This document shows positions 21,255 to 32,000 of a DNA stretch of 64,000 bases, piece by piece (position 1 is the stretch's first letter; the number at the start of each line of letters is the position of its first letter). Where the stretch lies: the NCBI GenBank assembly GCA_951406725.2, contig OX597819.1:114824001-114888000 (forward strand). Reading direction: 5' to 3'. A model generated the notes under the pieces. That model saw only the letters and a program-made list of their open reading frames with translations, did no database searches and was not told the origin of the DNA. A program made the position numbers and the translations under genes. This DNA comes from Octopus vulgaris. Taxonomy: Eukaryota.

Positions 21255-22679
21255 TCACGGTTGTGAAAGGGAGCATGACAGTTTAAGTCTGCCTGCTTCC
21301 CCTTCTTCCGCTGCTGCAGGGCTCTTGACCGGCGTTGCCACTGGGCTCTGGGTGGGTGTGGTTGCCGGGGTTATTATCAGTTTGCCCTCCATTACCTCCT
21401 TGGTCACATCTCTTATTAGACGGTTCCTTAGATGTTCCTGAAGAACCTCCTCCTTCCACTCGTTCTCCCCTACCTTCGCGAAGCGAGCGGTTGCTTTCCC
21501 ATCTGAGGTTCTACTATACAATATAAATCTCGAAAGTTTGCAACACTTGTATACTTTCTCATTTTTCTCATCGAAAGCTATTATCCTTTCGTTCTTCTGT
21601 AGGCACTTTTTTATGTCTTGTTTTATGGGGAGGGGCTTGGCAAACTGTTTTCCAATGAAAACAGTGCCATGGGGGTAGGGTTGGGGGATTTGCTTGATGT
21701 GTGTGTCTGCTGTGTTTGTTGTTTTTTTTCTTGTTTGGGGAGGGGAGTCCTGGGTATTCTCTTTTTTTCTTTTATGAGTGACTTGTGTGTAGTCCATTAG
21801 TTCTGTATGGTCTGTTTTTGTTTCCGTACTTGTCTTTGTCTTTTTGTTGTTTTTACTTGTTTCCTCCCCTTCAGTGATAGGGACACTTTGAGGAGGCGCT
21901 TCTTCCGTTTTTTTCTTTTTAATACAATTGGATCGGACGTGACCCTTCTCTCCACACTTGAAGCATCTGGGTCTGCGTCCCTCTACCGAAACTCTCATGG
22001 ACGTACCGTCCTCATTGAAGATTCTATCTGGCAGGTTTTCAAGGATTTTGTTCTCCGCCTGCACGAGGAGTTCTAGGGTCTGGCCCTTCCACCGTACCAC
22101 CTCTTTCCTTCTCATTTGCAGTATTGATATTTCACGTTCCATGTTGTGCAGGACTGCCGCTGCTACCCACATGATGTCGTACCCTCTGGGTATGTCTTCT
22201 ACCAGTAACTTCGCAGTTCGCTTCCCCATATACGAGGGTAGCAGCATGATGTCGTCGTTTTTTAGGGTCAACGACGACACCTCTTTCGCCACCTCTGCCG
22301 TGTCAAAGTGCGCCTCGACCGTAGCACTGCGTGCACCTCTAACGACATGACGAATTTTGTCCCACACCGGGGACAGGCACTTCTCGACAATTTCATTTTT
22401 CACATCCATTATCTTTTTTTCTTTAAAGCTGTATACTTTATAGATCACGATTCTTTCTTTAATCTCTTGTACTTTTGCCTGTGGCGGTACAAGCCTTATT
22501 TCGCCTCCTTCCACTTTAACTAGGTTCCTGAATTCGTATAGCTGTTCGATTTTAAATTCGACATCCAACATGGCGCCGCCCACCGCGGCCGAGAATGACT
22601 GTTTGGGTACTTCCTTTTCCATATTTTCACTTTTTCCCATCACGGGAAAATCCTTCTTTGACGTCAAGTCGAAATCCAT
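21255..22679 (-). CDS. Tx1 ORF1 of copy 2, intact (~474 aa from MDFDLTS), with a CCHC zinc knuckle
   Basis: Open frame 21255..22835 with the first ATG at 22679. Contains RPRCFKCGEKGHVRSNC and a basic low-complexity linker. Confidence 0.9.
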   Translation of the reverse strand: MDFDLTSKKDFPVMGKSENMEKEVPKQSFSAAVGGAMLDVEFKIEQLYEFRNLVKVEGGEIRLVPPQAKVQEIKERIVIYKVYSFKEKKIMDVKNEIVEKCLSPVWDKIRHVVRGARSATVEAHFDTAEVAKEVSSLTLKNDDIMLLPSYMGKRTAKLLVEDIPRGYDIMWVAAAVLHNMEREISILQMRRKEVVRWKGQTLELLVQAENKILENLPDRIFNEDGTSMRVSVEGRRPRCFKCGEKGHVRSNCIKKKKTEEAPPQSVPITEGEETSKNNKKTKTSTETKTDHTELMDYTQVTHKRKKENTQDSPPQTRKKTTNTADTHIKQIPQPYPHGTVFIGKQFAKPLPIKQDIKKCLQKNERIIAFDEKNEKVYKCCKLSRFILYSRTSDGKATARFAKVGENEWKEEVLQEHLRNRLIRDVTKEVMEGKLIITPATTPTQSPVATPVKSPAAAEEGEAGRLKLSCSLSQP

Positions 22680-22864
22680 TACCTTGAAGGTAATAAAAAC
22701 GCAGGTAATACAAAATTTTCTGCCCCGTAGGGCGAAAATTACCGTTATACAACGGGCACTGTTCAAAACAGTTAGCACAAACACTAGTAGCACAAATCCG
22801 AACTCTCTTAAATGAAGGCAGCAAATTTCGCACAACGCAGATGAAAGTAACTCGAGAACAAAAT

Positions 22865-23032
22865 TTTTGAAGCGAGTGGGGTTAACGATAAATGCGATCG
22901 CTCTTTTATATATGGCGATGATGGTTTTGGGAAGGGGGGGGCATAGAGAACCATGGCGATGATGGTTATGGGAAGGGGGACATAGAGAGAGAGAGAGATA
23001 GGGTTAGTTAGAGAGAGGTCAAGGGACACGTG
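22865..23032 (-). promoter_or_regulatory. Putative Pol II core promoter in each monomer (E-box, CT/GA tract, TATA box, initiator-like CCACTC)
   Basis: Minus strand: GTCACGTG (CACGTG at 23027-23032), (CT)n, TATATAAAAG (22903-22912; also 10552-10561 etc.), then CCCCACTCG ~30 nt downstream. Motif-based only. Confidence 0.55.
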
Positions 23033-26000
23033 ACAATAAGCGGTGTGAGGGAATTTGACTGGGGACGGCATTGTCGATAAATAAACATTAGATAAATAGG
23101 TTTGAAAATCAGAAAATCAGAGGGAATATCATTATTGATAGCTAATATAACACCGTAGCTGAGTAAAGAGGTTCTGTTAATCGTATGAGCTAGCAAATGG
23201 GTTTGTATGAATCGGGAGACAACACTAAACGAAAAATTGAAAAATCAGAGTGGCTATGAACCTGTAGACAAGTCTAAACGAAAAAAAATGTTTGAGCTAG
23301 ACAGGGTAATGAGGGAATACTGAAAGAATGAGGGACAATACAATGAGATAATATATATATTTATATATATTACTGTTTATTGTTTGTGCCTTCTCTTGTA
23401 GCTCTCCCCATAATTCATTTGTTGCACTGAGTCAATTTTCTTTGGGAAGTGGTGTTCCACTGTTAGACACCTTATGGCAAACAAAGAGAACAGAAATCTA
23501 GATGACTGAGAATAAATATTCTCCATAGGAATAGCATGATATCCTTTTTCCTTGTTTTGAATGATCTTGGAATCCAACCAGCCACTGGCCTACAGTGGTT
23601 CCATCATGGTAATATGTAGATGGAGTGTTCTGAGTTCAAATGCGACCAAGGTTGACTTTGCCTTTCATCCTTATGGTGTCGATAAAGTAAGTACCAGTTG
23701 AGTACGGAGGTTGTTGTAATCAACTAACTCCTTCTCTCGAAATTGCTATCCATGTGTCAAAATCTGCAACCAATATGTAGATGGCATGTTGCATCATTAC
23801 TCATGTGGATCCCCAGGTCATGCACCCACTATATCTCTAAAATTGCACTACTCCTCAGCCCAGTGTATTTTGACTGCACTTTGTTGGCTTATAACAGTGC
23901 TTGAAGTTGCTCAGCATTGAACTGCATGTTATGTTCATCAGCTGGCAAAGAAAAGAAGTCACTGACAAAGCACTTTCAAGCGAAGACTATCATGTTTTAT
24001 AGGGGTTCCTAGGACTTTTGTTCAACATGTCCTTCTCTTTTTATGTATAAATCAATATATATTATTCAAAATTCAACAAAGAAATATGAATAAAAGGAGA
24101 TTGTTAATCGTTGGCAGACTCAGTTTCAGGTTTTCCACTCATTTCCATCCATCTTCAGCTGCTTGATATATTTCACTGAGTGACATCCCACAGTCTGTAT
24201 GAATGGTATGGTGGTATGTTGTTCTTGTTTCCTCATGCTCTCAACCTTGTAGGGTCTTAAGCAGTAGGTACTGTTGACAGTATTTATTGGGTGGGTGTTG
24301 CAGTTGGTGACCTGTTCATCTCAACTGGTGTTCCTTTCTCTTTGTGCTCATTTGCTTTTTGTCAGTCATTTGGTACAATGTATTCTTGGATATGTGGCCG
24401 TTATAGGATATCTGATATATTATCCTCAGGTTTCTTGTGTGAAAAGTGTTCACCATGACCCTTTACTGATTTGTATTTGTTACCCATGTCTTACTTCTGT
24501 ATGTAAAAATTACAATTACCAGTTTTTCAATTTTCTAATGTGTTATTCTTAGAATTAAGTTAAATTATGTGAAACCTTTGCAACCTTGATGTCTAGAAAT
24601 TACATTTGTATTTAAGAGCTGTTAATTCCTCCCTTATGCTTCAATATTGAAAGTAGTTTTGAGAAATGGAATGAGTTTCTAGCAATTTCTCATGGAAGAA
24701 AAAAACAAACAACACTTGGCTTGTGAGATTATCTCTGTGCTTGTGTCAAAGCCAATGTTATTTACAGCCATTCTCGAAACTATATCTGCTAGATTGTTCT
24801 ACAATAGATGTTGTTCATTGTTTACATCCATTTTTCTATGCTTATATCAGGTGGAGAAATCTTTTCCAGCTCAGCATCATGCCATTTGTTGCAGTTCCAT
24901 CCTCATTTATTTTGTGTTGCACATTGAGAATAGTTTTCTCTACTTCTTCCCAAATCTTTCTTTTCTGCTTATTCCCATTCCATTAATAGCTTTATACTTG
25001 TTTACCCACTGTCTTTCATCATATCCATTGGATGTTTATACCACTTTAGGCTCCTCCTTTGCACACCATGGTTGATACCTCTTATACACAGTGGCTCTCT
25101 CATATAACCTGTTTTCGTTGGGTACACAGTATAATATTCCAACCTACATCTTTTTTGCATATTGAGCATGGGCATTTCTTAAGTGGCAGTTCTACCTATT
25201 TCTTTTCCTGACAAGAGTTTTACTAAGTTTACTTTAATCCTTCTTGATTCTTGGTTTTGACTTCTGTATTTTGAATTTCTTTTCCAATTCTTAGACTGAT
25301 TCAGGTGGGAAATAAGTCAAAATTAAGATCTCAAAGTTAATGAGCCAGCCAACTTTCGGTTAAGGGAATACATAGATACCTCATCCATCCAATCAAAATT
25401 CTCTTCAAACCATTTTGTCTACGATTCTTAACTGGTATTATTAATGATGGAAAATTGCAATTTCATATACACTCACATTTCTTCCATATGTTTCTTAGCA
25501 AGGGATTTGAGTGAGGCTGTGTAGAAATTACATTTGTATTTAAGAGCTGTTAATTCCTCCATTATGCTGCAATATTCAAAGTGGTTTTGAGAAATGGAAT
25601 GAGTTTCTAGCAATTAATCAAACCATTATCACTATTTGATATCCCTAAAAGCTCATTTCAAAATCTTTAGTGCATTAACTGTTAGTTAATGGTGAATCAA
25701 ATACAGAACATTGACACTACACCTTAAGCTCTCTGTTCCAATTTTTCATTGTAAAACATTTATGATGGTTAGTGTTCTATTGCAGATAGTGGGAGTGTGT
25801 TTTTTGTTCAATTGCAGTCCTGAGATCTTACTTCATGGGCAAAACCCCACAATAGATTGCCATCCTGGTATTTTAAAAATTTGTTAATTTAGATATATTA
25901 AAAAAATTTGAGAAAGTGGATTGCTTGAAGGCACGTTTTTTCTAAGCTAAATACTTAGGAACTGTCTGGATTATGTAAAAATATTTTACTATTTACATCC

Positions 26001-29000
26001 GATATCAAGACATGAAAATCAAAATTATACAACTAGAAATCATGGAAAAATTTTTTCGTTACTAAATAAGGAACAAAAGTTATATATATATATATATATA
26101 TATTTATTAATACAAATAAATGAAAGAATGGAGTTGAACGACGATTTAACAAAATTCCTTTATTCTTGACATAGGTTTCGAAGGCTGCATATTCCTAATT
26201 TCGAAGGAATAAGGGGTTCATTATGCCGCCTTCGCATCAGGAAAAACAAGGAACGTATGTCAGCATCAAGATGAACAAAAACTTTTAGATGGCTGCCCAC
26301 ACGGAGCCCATAGCGATAATGAGTGTTTCTTTAAAATATTCCGTTATAAGCAGACGTCAAAAATGGTTGAATGTAGAAGATTCTAGAAAGTTCAAGGGTT
26401 CAAACAAGGTTGGAGGAGAGAGGTCTAAGAATATAAATATATATATTTATATATATTACTACTTATTGTTTGTTCCTTCTCTTGTAGCTCTCCCCATAAC
26501 TCATTTGTTGCACTGAGTAAATTTTCTTTGGCAAGTGGTGTTCCACTGTTAGACACTTTATGGCAAACAAAGAGAACAGCAATCTAGATGACTGAGAATA
26601 AATATTCTCCATAGGAATAGCATGATATCCTTTTTCCTTGTTTTGAATGATCTTGGAATCCATCCAGCCACTGGCCTACAGTGGTTCTATCTTGGTAATA
26701 TGTAGATGAAATGTTCTGAGTTCAAATGCCACCAACGTTGACTTTGCCTTTTATCCTTATGGTGTCGATGAAATAACAGTTGAGTACTGGGGTTGATGTA
26801 ATCAACTTACCCCTTCCCTCGAAATTGCTGGCCTTGTGCCAAAAACTGCAAACGATATGTAGATGGCATGTTGCATCATTATTCATGTGGATCCCCAGGT
26901 CATGCACCCACTATATCTCTAAAATTGCATTACTCCTCGGCCCAGTGTATTCTGACTGCACTCTGCTGGCTTATAACAGTGCTTGAAGTTGCTCAACGTT
27001 GAACTGCATGTTATGTTCATCAGCTGGCAAAGAAAAAAAGAAGTCACTGACAAAGCACTTTCAAGTGAAGACTATCATGTTTTATAGGGGTTCCTAGGAC
27101 TTGTGTTCTGTATGTCCTTCTCATCTTATGGATAAATCAATATTTATTATTCAAAATTCAACAAAGAAATATGAATAAAAGGGGATCGTTGATCATTGGC
27201 GGACTCAGTTTAAGGTTTTCCACTCCATCCATCTTCAGCTGCTAGATATATTTCACTGAGTGACATCCCACTGTCTGTATGAATGGTATGGTGGTATGTC
27301 GTTCTTGTTTCCTCATGCTCCCCACCTTAAGCTGTAGGTACTGTTGATAGCATTCATTGGGTGAGTGTTGCAGTTGGTTACCTGTTCATCTTAACTGGTG
27401 TTCCTTTATCCTTGTGCTCATTTGCTTTTTGTCAGTCATTTGGTACAATGTATCCTTGGAAATGTGGTCATTATAGGATATCTGATATACTATCCTCAGG
27501 TTTCTTGTGTGAAAAGTGTTCACCATGGCCCTTTACTGATTTGTATTTGTTACCCATGTCTTTATGTAAAAATTACAATTACCAGTTTTTCAATTTTCTA
27601 ATGTGTTATTCTTAGAATTAAGTTAAATTATGTGAAACCTTTGCAACCTTGATGTCTAGAAATTACATTTGTATTTAAGAGCTGTTAATTCCTCCATTAT
27701 GCTTCAATATTCAAAGTGAGTTTGAGAAATGGAATGAGTTTCTAGCAATTTCTCAAGGAAGAAAAAAAAAAATCATCACTCAGCTTGTGAGATTTTCTCT
27801 GTGCTTGTGTCAAAGCCAATGTTATTTACAGCCATTCTCGAAACTATATCTGCTAGATTGTTCTACAATAGATGTTGTTCATTGTTTACATCCATTTTTC
27901 TATGCTTATATCAGGTGGACAAATCTTTTCCAGCTCAGCATCATGCCATTTGTTGCAGTTCCATCCTCATTTATTTTATGTTGCACATTGAGAATAGTTT
28001 TCTCTACTTCTTCCCAAATCTTTCTTTTCTGCTTATTCCCATTCCATTAATAGCTTCATACTTGTTTACCCACTGTCTTTCATCATATGCATTGGATGTT
28101 TATACCACTTTAGGCTCCTCCTTTGCACACCAAGGTTGATACCTCTTATACACAGTGGCTCTCTCATATAACCTGTTTTCGTTGGGTACACCGTATAAAA
28201 TTCCAACCTACATCATTTTTTGCATATTGAGCATGGGCATTTCTTAAATGGCAGTTCTACTTTTTTTTTTCCTGACAAGAGTTTTACTAAGTTTACCTTA
28301 TTCCCTTTTGAATCTTGGTTTTTGACATCTATGTTTTGAATTTCTTTTCCAATTCTTAGACTGATTCAGCTGGGGACTAGGTCAAAATTAAGAGATCTCA
28401 AAGGTAGTGAGCCAGCCAATTTTTGTTTAAGGGAATACATAGATACCTCATCCATCCAATCAAAATTCTCTTCAAACCATTTTGTCTACGATTCTTAACT
28501 GGTATTATTAATGATGGAAAGTTGCAATTTCATATACAATCACATTCGTTCCATATGTTTCTTAGCAAGGGATTTGAGTGAGGCTGTGGAGAAATTACAT
28601 TTGTATTTAAAAGCTGTTAATTCCTCCCTTATGCTTTAATATTCAAAGTGGTTTTGAGAAATGGAATGAGTTTCTAGCAATTAATCAAACGATTATCACT
28701 ATTTGATATCCCTAAAAGCTCATTTCAAAATCTTTAGTGCATTAACTGTTAGATAATGTTGAAACAAATAACGGTCGTCCTTCGGGTTCGAAGATGACCA
28801 TTGACATCATTTGGTGGAATTGCTGCTATGAGACCGGAGGTGGCTGGTGAGGCCAATCCGGGCAAGAAAGCCCTCCCGCAGGTGGGTCAGAAGTGGGTAG
28901 GGGCTGTGCTATTGGTGCAGGTGGCTCTGGCTTTCTGCATCTGGCGTTTCTGTTCTGCTGACTGAATCTTTCTCTCCTCGGCTGTCTTTGCAGATGTGGT

Positions 29001-32000
29001 GATTGCGCTGCGCCAGGATGAGCGGTCGGCAGCAAGTGTCTCCCAAGTCTCTGTGCCGATGGAGAAGTCTTTCAGAGAGACTTTGAGACTGTCCTTGAAG
29101 CGCTTCTTCTGCCCTCCAACTTTGCATTTGCCCTGGCTGAGTTCACTGTAGAAGAGCTGTTTTGGGATGCGAGTGTCGGACATTGACACTACACCTTAAG
29201 CTCTCTGTTCCAATTTTTCATTGTAAAACATTTATGATGGTTAGTGTTCTATTGCAGATAGTGGGAGTGTGTTTCTTGTTCAATTGCAGTCCTGAGATCT
29301 TACTTCATGGGCAAAGCCCAACAATAGATTGCCATCCTGGTATTTTAAAAATTTGTTAATTTAGATATCTTAAAAGAATTTGAGCAAGTGGATTGCTTGA
29401 AGGCACTTTTTTCTAAGCTTAAATACTTAGGAACCGTCTGGATTATATAAAACAATTTTACTATTTACATCCTATATCAAGACATGAAAATCAAAATTAT
29501 ACAACTAGAAATCGTGGAAAAATGTTTTCCTTACTAAATAAGGAAACAAAGGTTATATATATATATTTATATATATTACTGTTTATTGTTTGTGCCTTCT
29601 CTTGTAGCTCTCCCCATAATTCATTTGTTGCACTGAGTCAATTTTCTTTGGGAAGTGGTGTTCCACTGTTAGACACCTTATGGCAAACAAAGAGAACAGA
29701 AATCTAGATGACTGAGAATAAATATTCTCCATAGGAATAGCATGATATCCTTTTTCCTTGTTTTGAATGATCTTGGAATCCAACCAGCCACTGGCCTACA
29801 GTGGTTCCATCTTGGTAATATGTAGATGGAGTGTTCTGAGTTCAAATGCGACCAAGGTTGACTTTGCCTTTCATCCTTATGGTGTCGATAAAGTAAGTAC
29901 CAGTTGAGTACGGGGGTTGTTGTAATCAACTAACTCCTTCTCTCGAAATTGCTATCCATGTGTCAAAATCTGCAACCAATATGTAGATGGCATGTTGCAT
30001 CATTACTCATGTGGATCCCCAGGTCATGCACCCACTATATCTCTAAAATTGCATTACTCCTCAGCCCAGTGTATTCTGACTACACTTTGTTGGCTTATAA
30101 CAGTGCTTGAAGTTGCTCAGCATTGAACTGCATGTTATGTTCATCAGCTGGGAAAGAAAAGAAGTCACTGACAAAGCACTTTCAAGCGAAGACTATCATG
30201 TTTTATAGGGGTTCCTAGGACTTTTGTTCAACGTGTCCTTCTCTTTTTATGTATAAATCAATATATATTATTCAAAATTCAACAAAGAAATATGAATAAA
30301 AGGGGATTGTTAATCATTGGCGGACTTAGTGTAAGGTTTTCCACTCATTTCCATATTCAGCTGCTAGATATATTTTACTGAGTGACATCCCACAGTCTGT
30401 ATGAATGGTATGGTGGTATGTTGTTCTTGTTTCCTCATGCTCTCCACCTTAAGCAGTAGGTACTGTTGACAGCATTCATTGGGTGAGTGTTGCAGTTGGT
30501 TACCTGTTCATTTCAACTGGTGTTCCTTTATTCTTGTGCTCATTTGCTTTTTGTCAGTCATTTGGTACAAGGTATTCTTGGAAATGTGGTCATTATAGGA
30601 TATCTGATATATTATCCTCAGGTTTCTTGTGTGAAAAGTGTTCACCATGACCCTTTACTGATTTGTATTTGTTACCCATGTTTTACTTCTTTATGTAAAA
30701 ATTACAATTACCAGTTTTTCAATTTTCTAATGCGTTATTCTTAGAATTAAGTTAAATTATGTGAAACCTTTGCAACCTTGATGTGTAGAAATTACATTTG
30801 TATTTAAAAGCTGTTAATTCCTCCATTATGCTTTAAAATTCAAAGTGAGTTTGAGAAATGGAATGAGTTTCTAGCAATTTCTCATGGAAGAAAAAAACAA
30901 ACAACACTTGGCTTGTGAGATTATCTCTGTGCTTGTGTCAAAGCCAATGTTATTTACAGCCGTTCTCGAAACTATACTCTGCTAGATTGTTCTACAATAG
31001 ATGTTGTTCATTGTTTACATCCATTTTTCTATGCTTATATCAAGTGGACTAATCTTTTCCAGCTCAGCATCATGCCATTTGTTGCAGTTCCATCCTCATT
31101 TATTTAATGTTGCACATTGTGAATAGTTTTCTCTACTTCTTCCCAAATCTTTCTTTTCTGCTTATTCCTATTCCATTAATAGCTTTTTACTTGTTTACCC
31201 ACTGTCTTTCATCATATGCATTGGATGTTTATACCACTTTAGGCTCCTCCTTTGCACACCATGGTTGATACCTCTTATACACAGTGGCTCTCTCATATAA
31301 CCAATTTTCGTTGGGTACACAGTATAATATTCCAACCTACATCTTTTTTTTCATATTGAGCATGGGCATTTCTTAAGTGGCAATTCTGCTTATTTCTTTT
31401 CCTGACAAGAGTTTTACTAAGTTTACCTTATTCCCTTTTGAATCTTGGTTTTTGACATCTATGTTTTGAATTTCTTTTCCAATTCTTAGACTGATTCAGC
31501 TGGGGACTAGGTCAAAATTAAGAGATCTCAAAGGTAGTGAGCCAGCCAATTTTTGTTTAAGGGAATACATAGATACCTCATCCATCCAATCAAAATTCTC
31601 TTGAAACCATTTTCTCTACGATTCTTAACTGGTATTATTAATGATGGAAAGTTGCAATTTCATAAACACTCACATTTCATCCATATGTTTCTTAGCAAGG
31701 GATTTGAGTGAGGCTGTGGAGAAATTACATTTGTATTTAAGAGATGTTAATTCCTCCATTATGCTTCAATATTGAAAGCGGTTTTGAGAAATGGAATGAG
31801 TTTCTAGCAATTAATCAAACCATTATCAGTATTTGATATCCCTAAAAGCTCATTTGAAAATCTTTAGTGCATTAACTGTTAGTTAATGGTAAAACAAATA
31901 ACGTTCGTCCTTCGGGTTCGAAGATGACCATTGACATCATTTGGTGGAATTGCTGCTATGAGACCGGAGGTGGCTGGTGAGGTCAATCCAGGCAAGAAAG

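Larger units (their letters stand above)
17604..22864 (-). mobile_element. Full-length L1/Tx1-clade retrotransposon, copy 2
   Basis: Same termini as copy 1. Flanked by TTTTGAAGCGAGTGGGG at 17587-17603 and 22865-22881. Confidence 0.95.
10198..23349 (-). repeat. Tandem ~594 bp monomers at the RTE 5' end: 10198-10791, 10792-11386, 11387-11978, 11979-12311 plus 22865-23150 (interrupted), and 23151-23349 (partial)
   Basis: CACCGTAGCTGAGTAAAGAGG recurs at 10198, 10792, 11387, 11979 and 23151. Copies are nearly identical, differing mainly in G-run and GA-run lengths. Confidence 0.95.
6267..23350 (-). mobile_element. RTE-clade LINE with a 5' tandem-monomer array and two nested Tx1 elements (single composite insertion)
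   Basis: 3' (GAT)n tail at 6265-6282. Left flank GGTTATATATATAT and right flank ATATATATATTTATATATATTACTG reconstitute the empty site at 29551-29581; TSD is ~8-10 bp of (AT)n. Confidence 0.9.
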
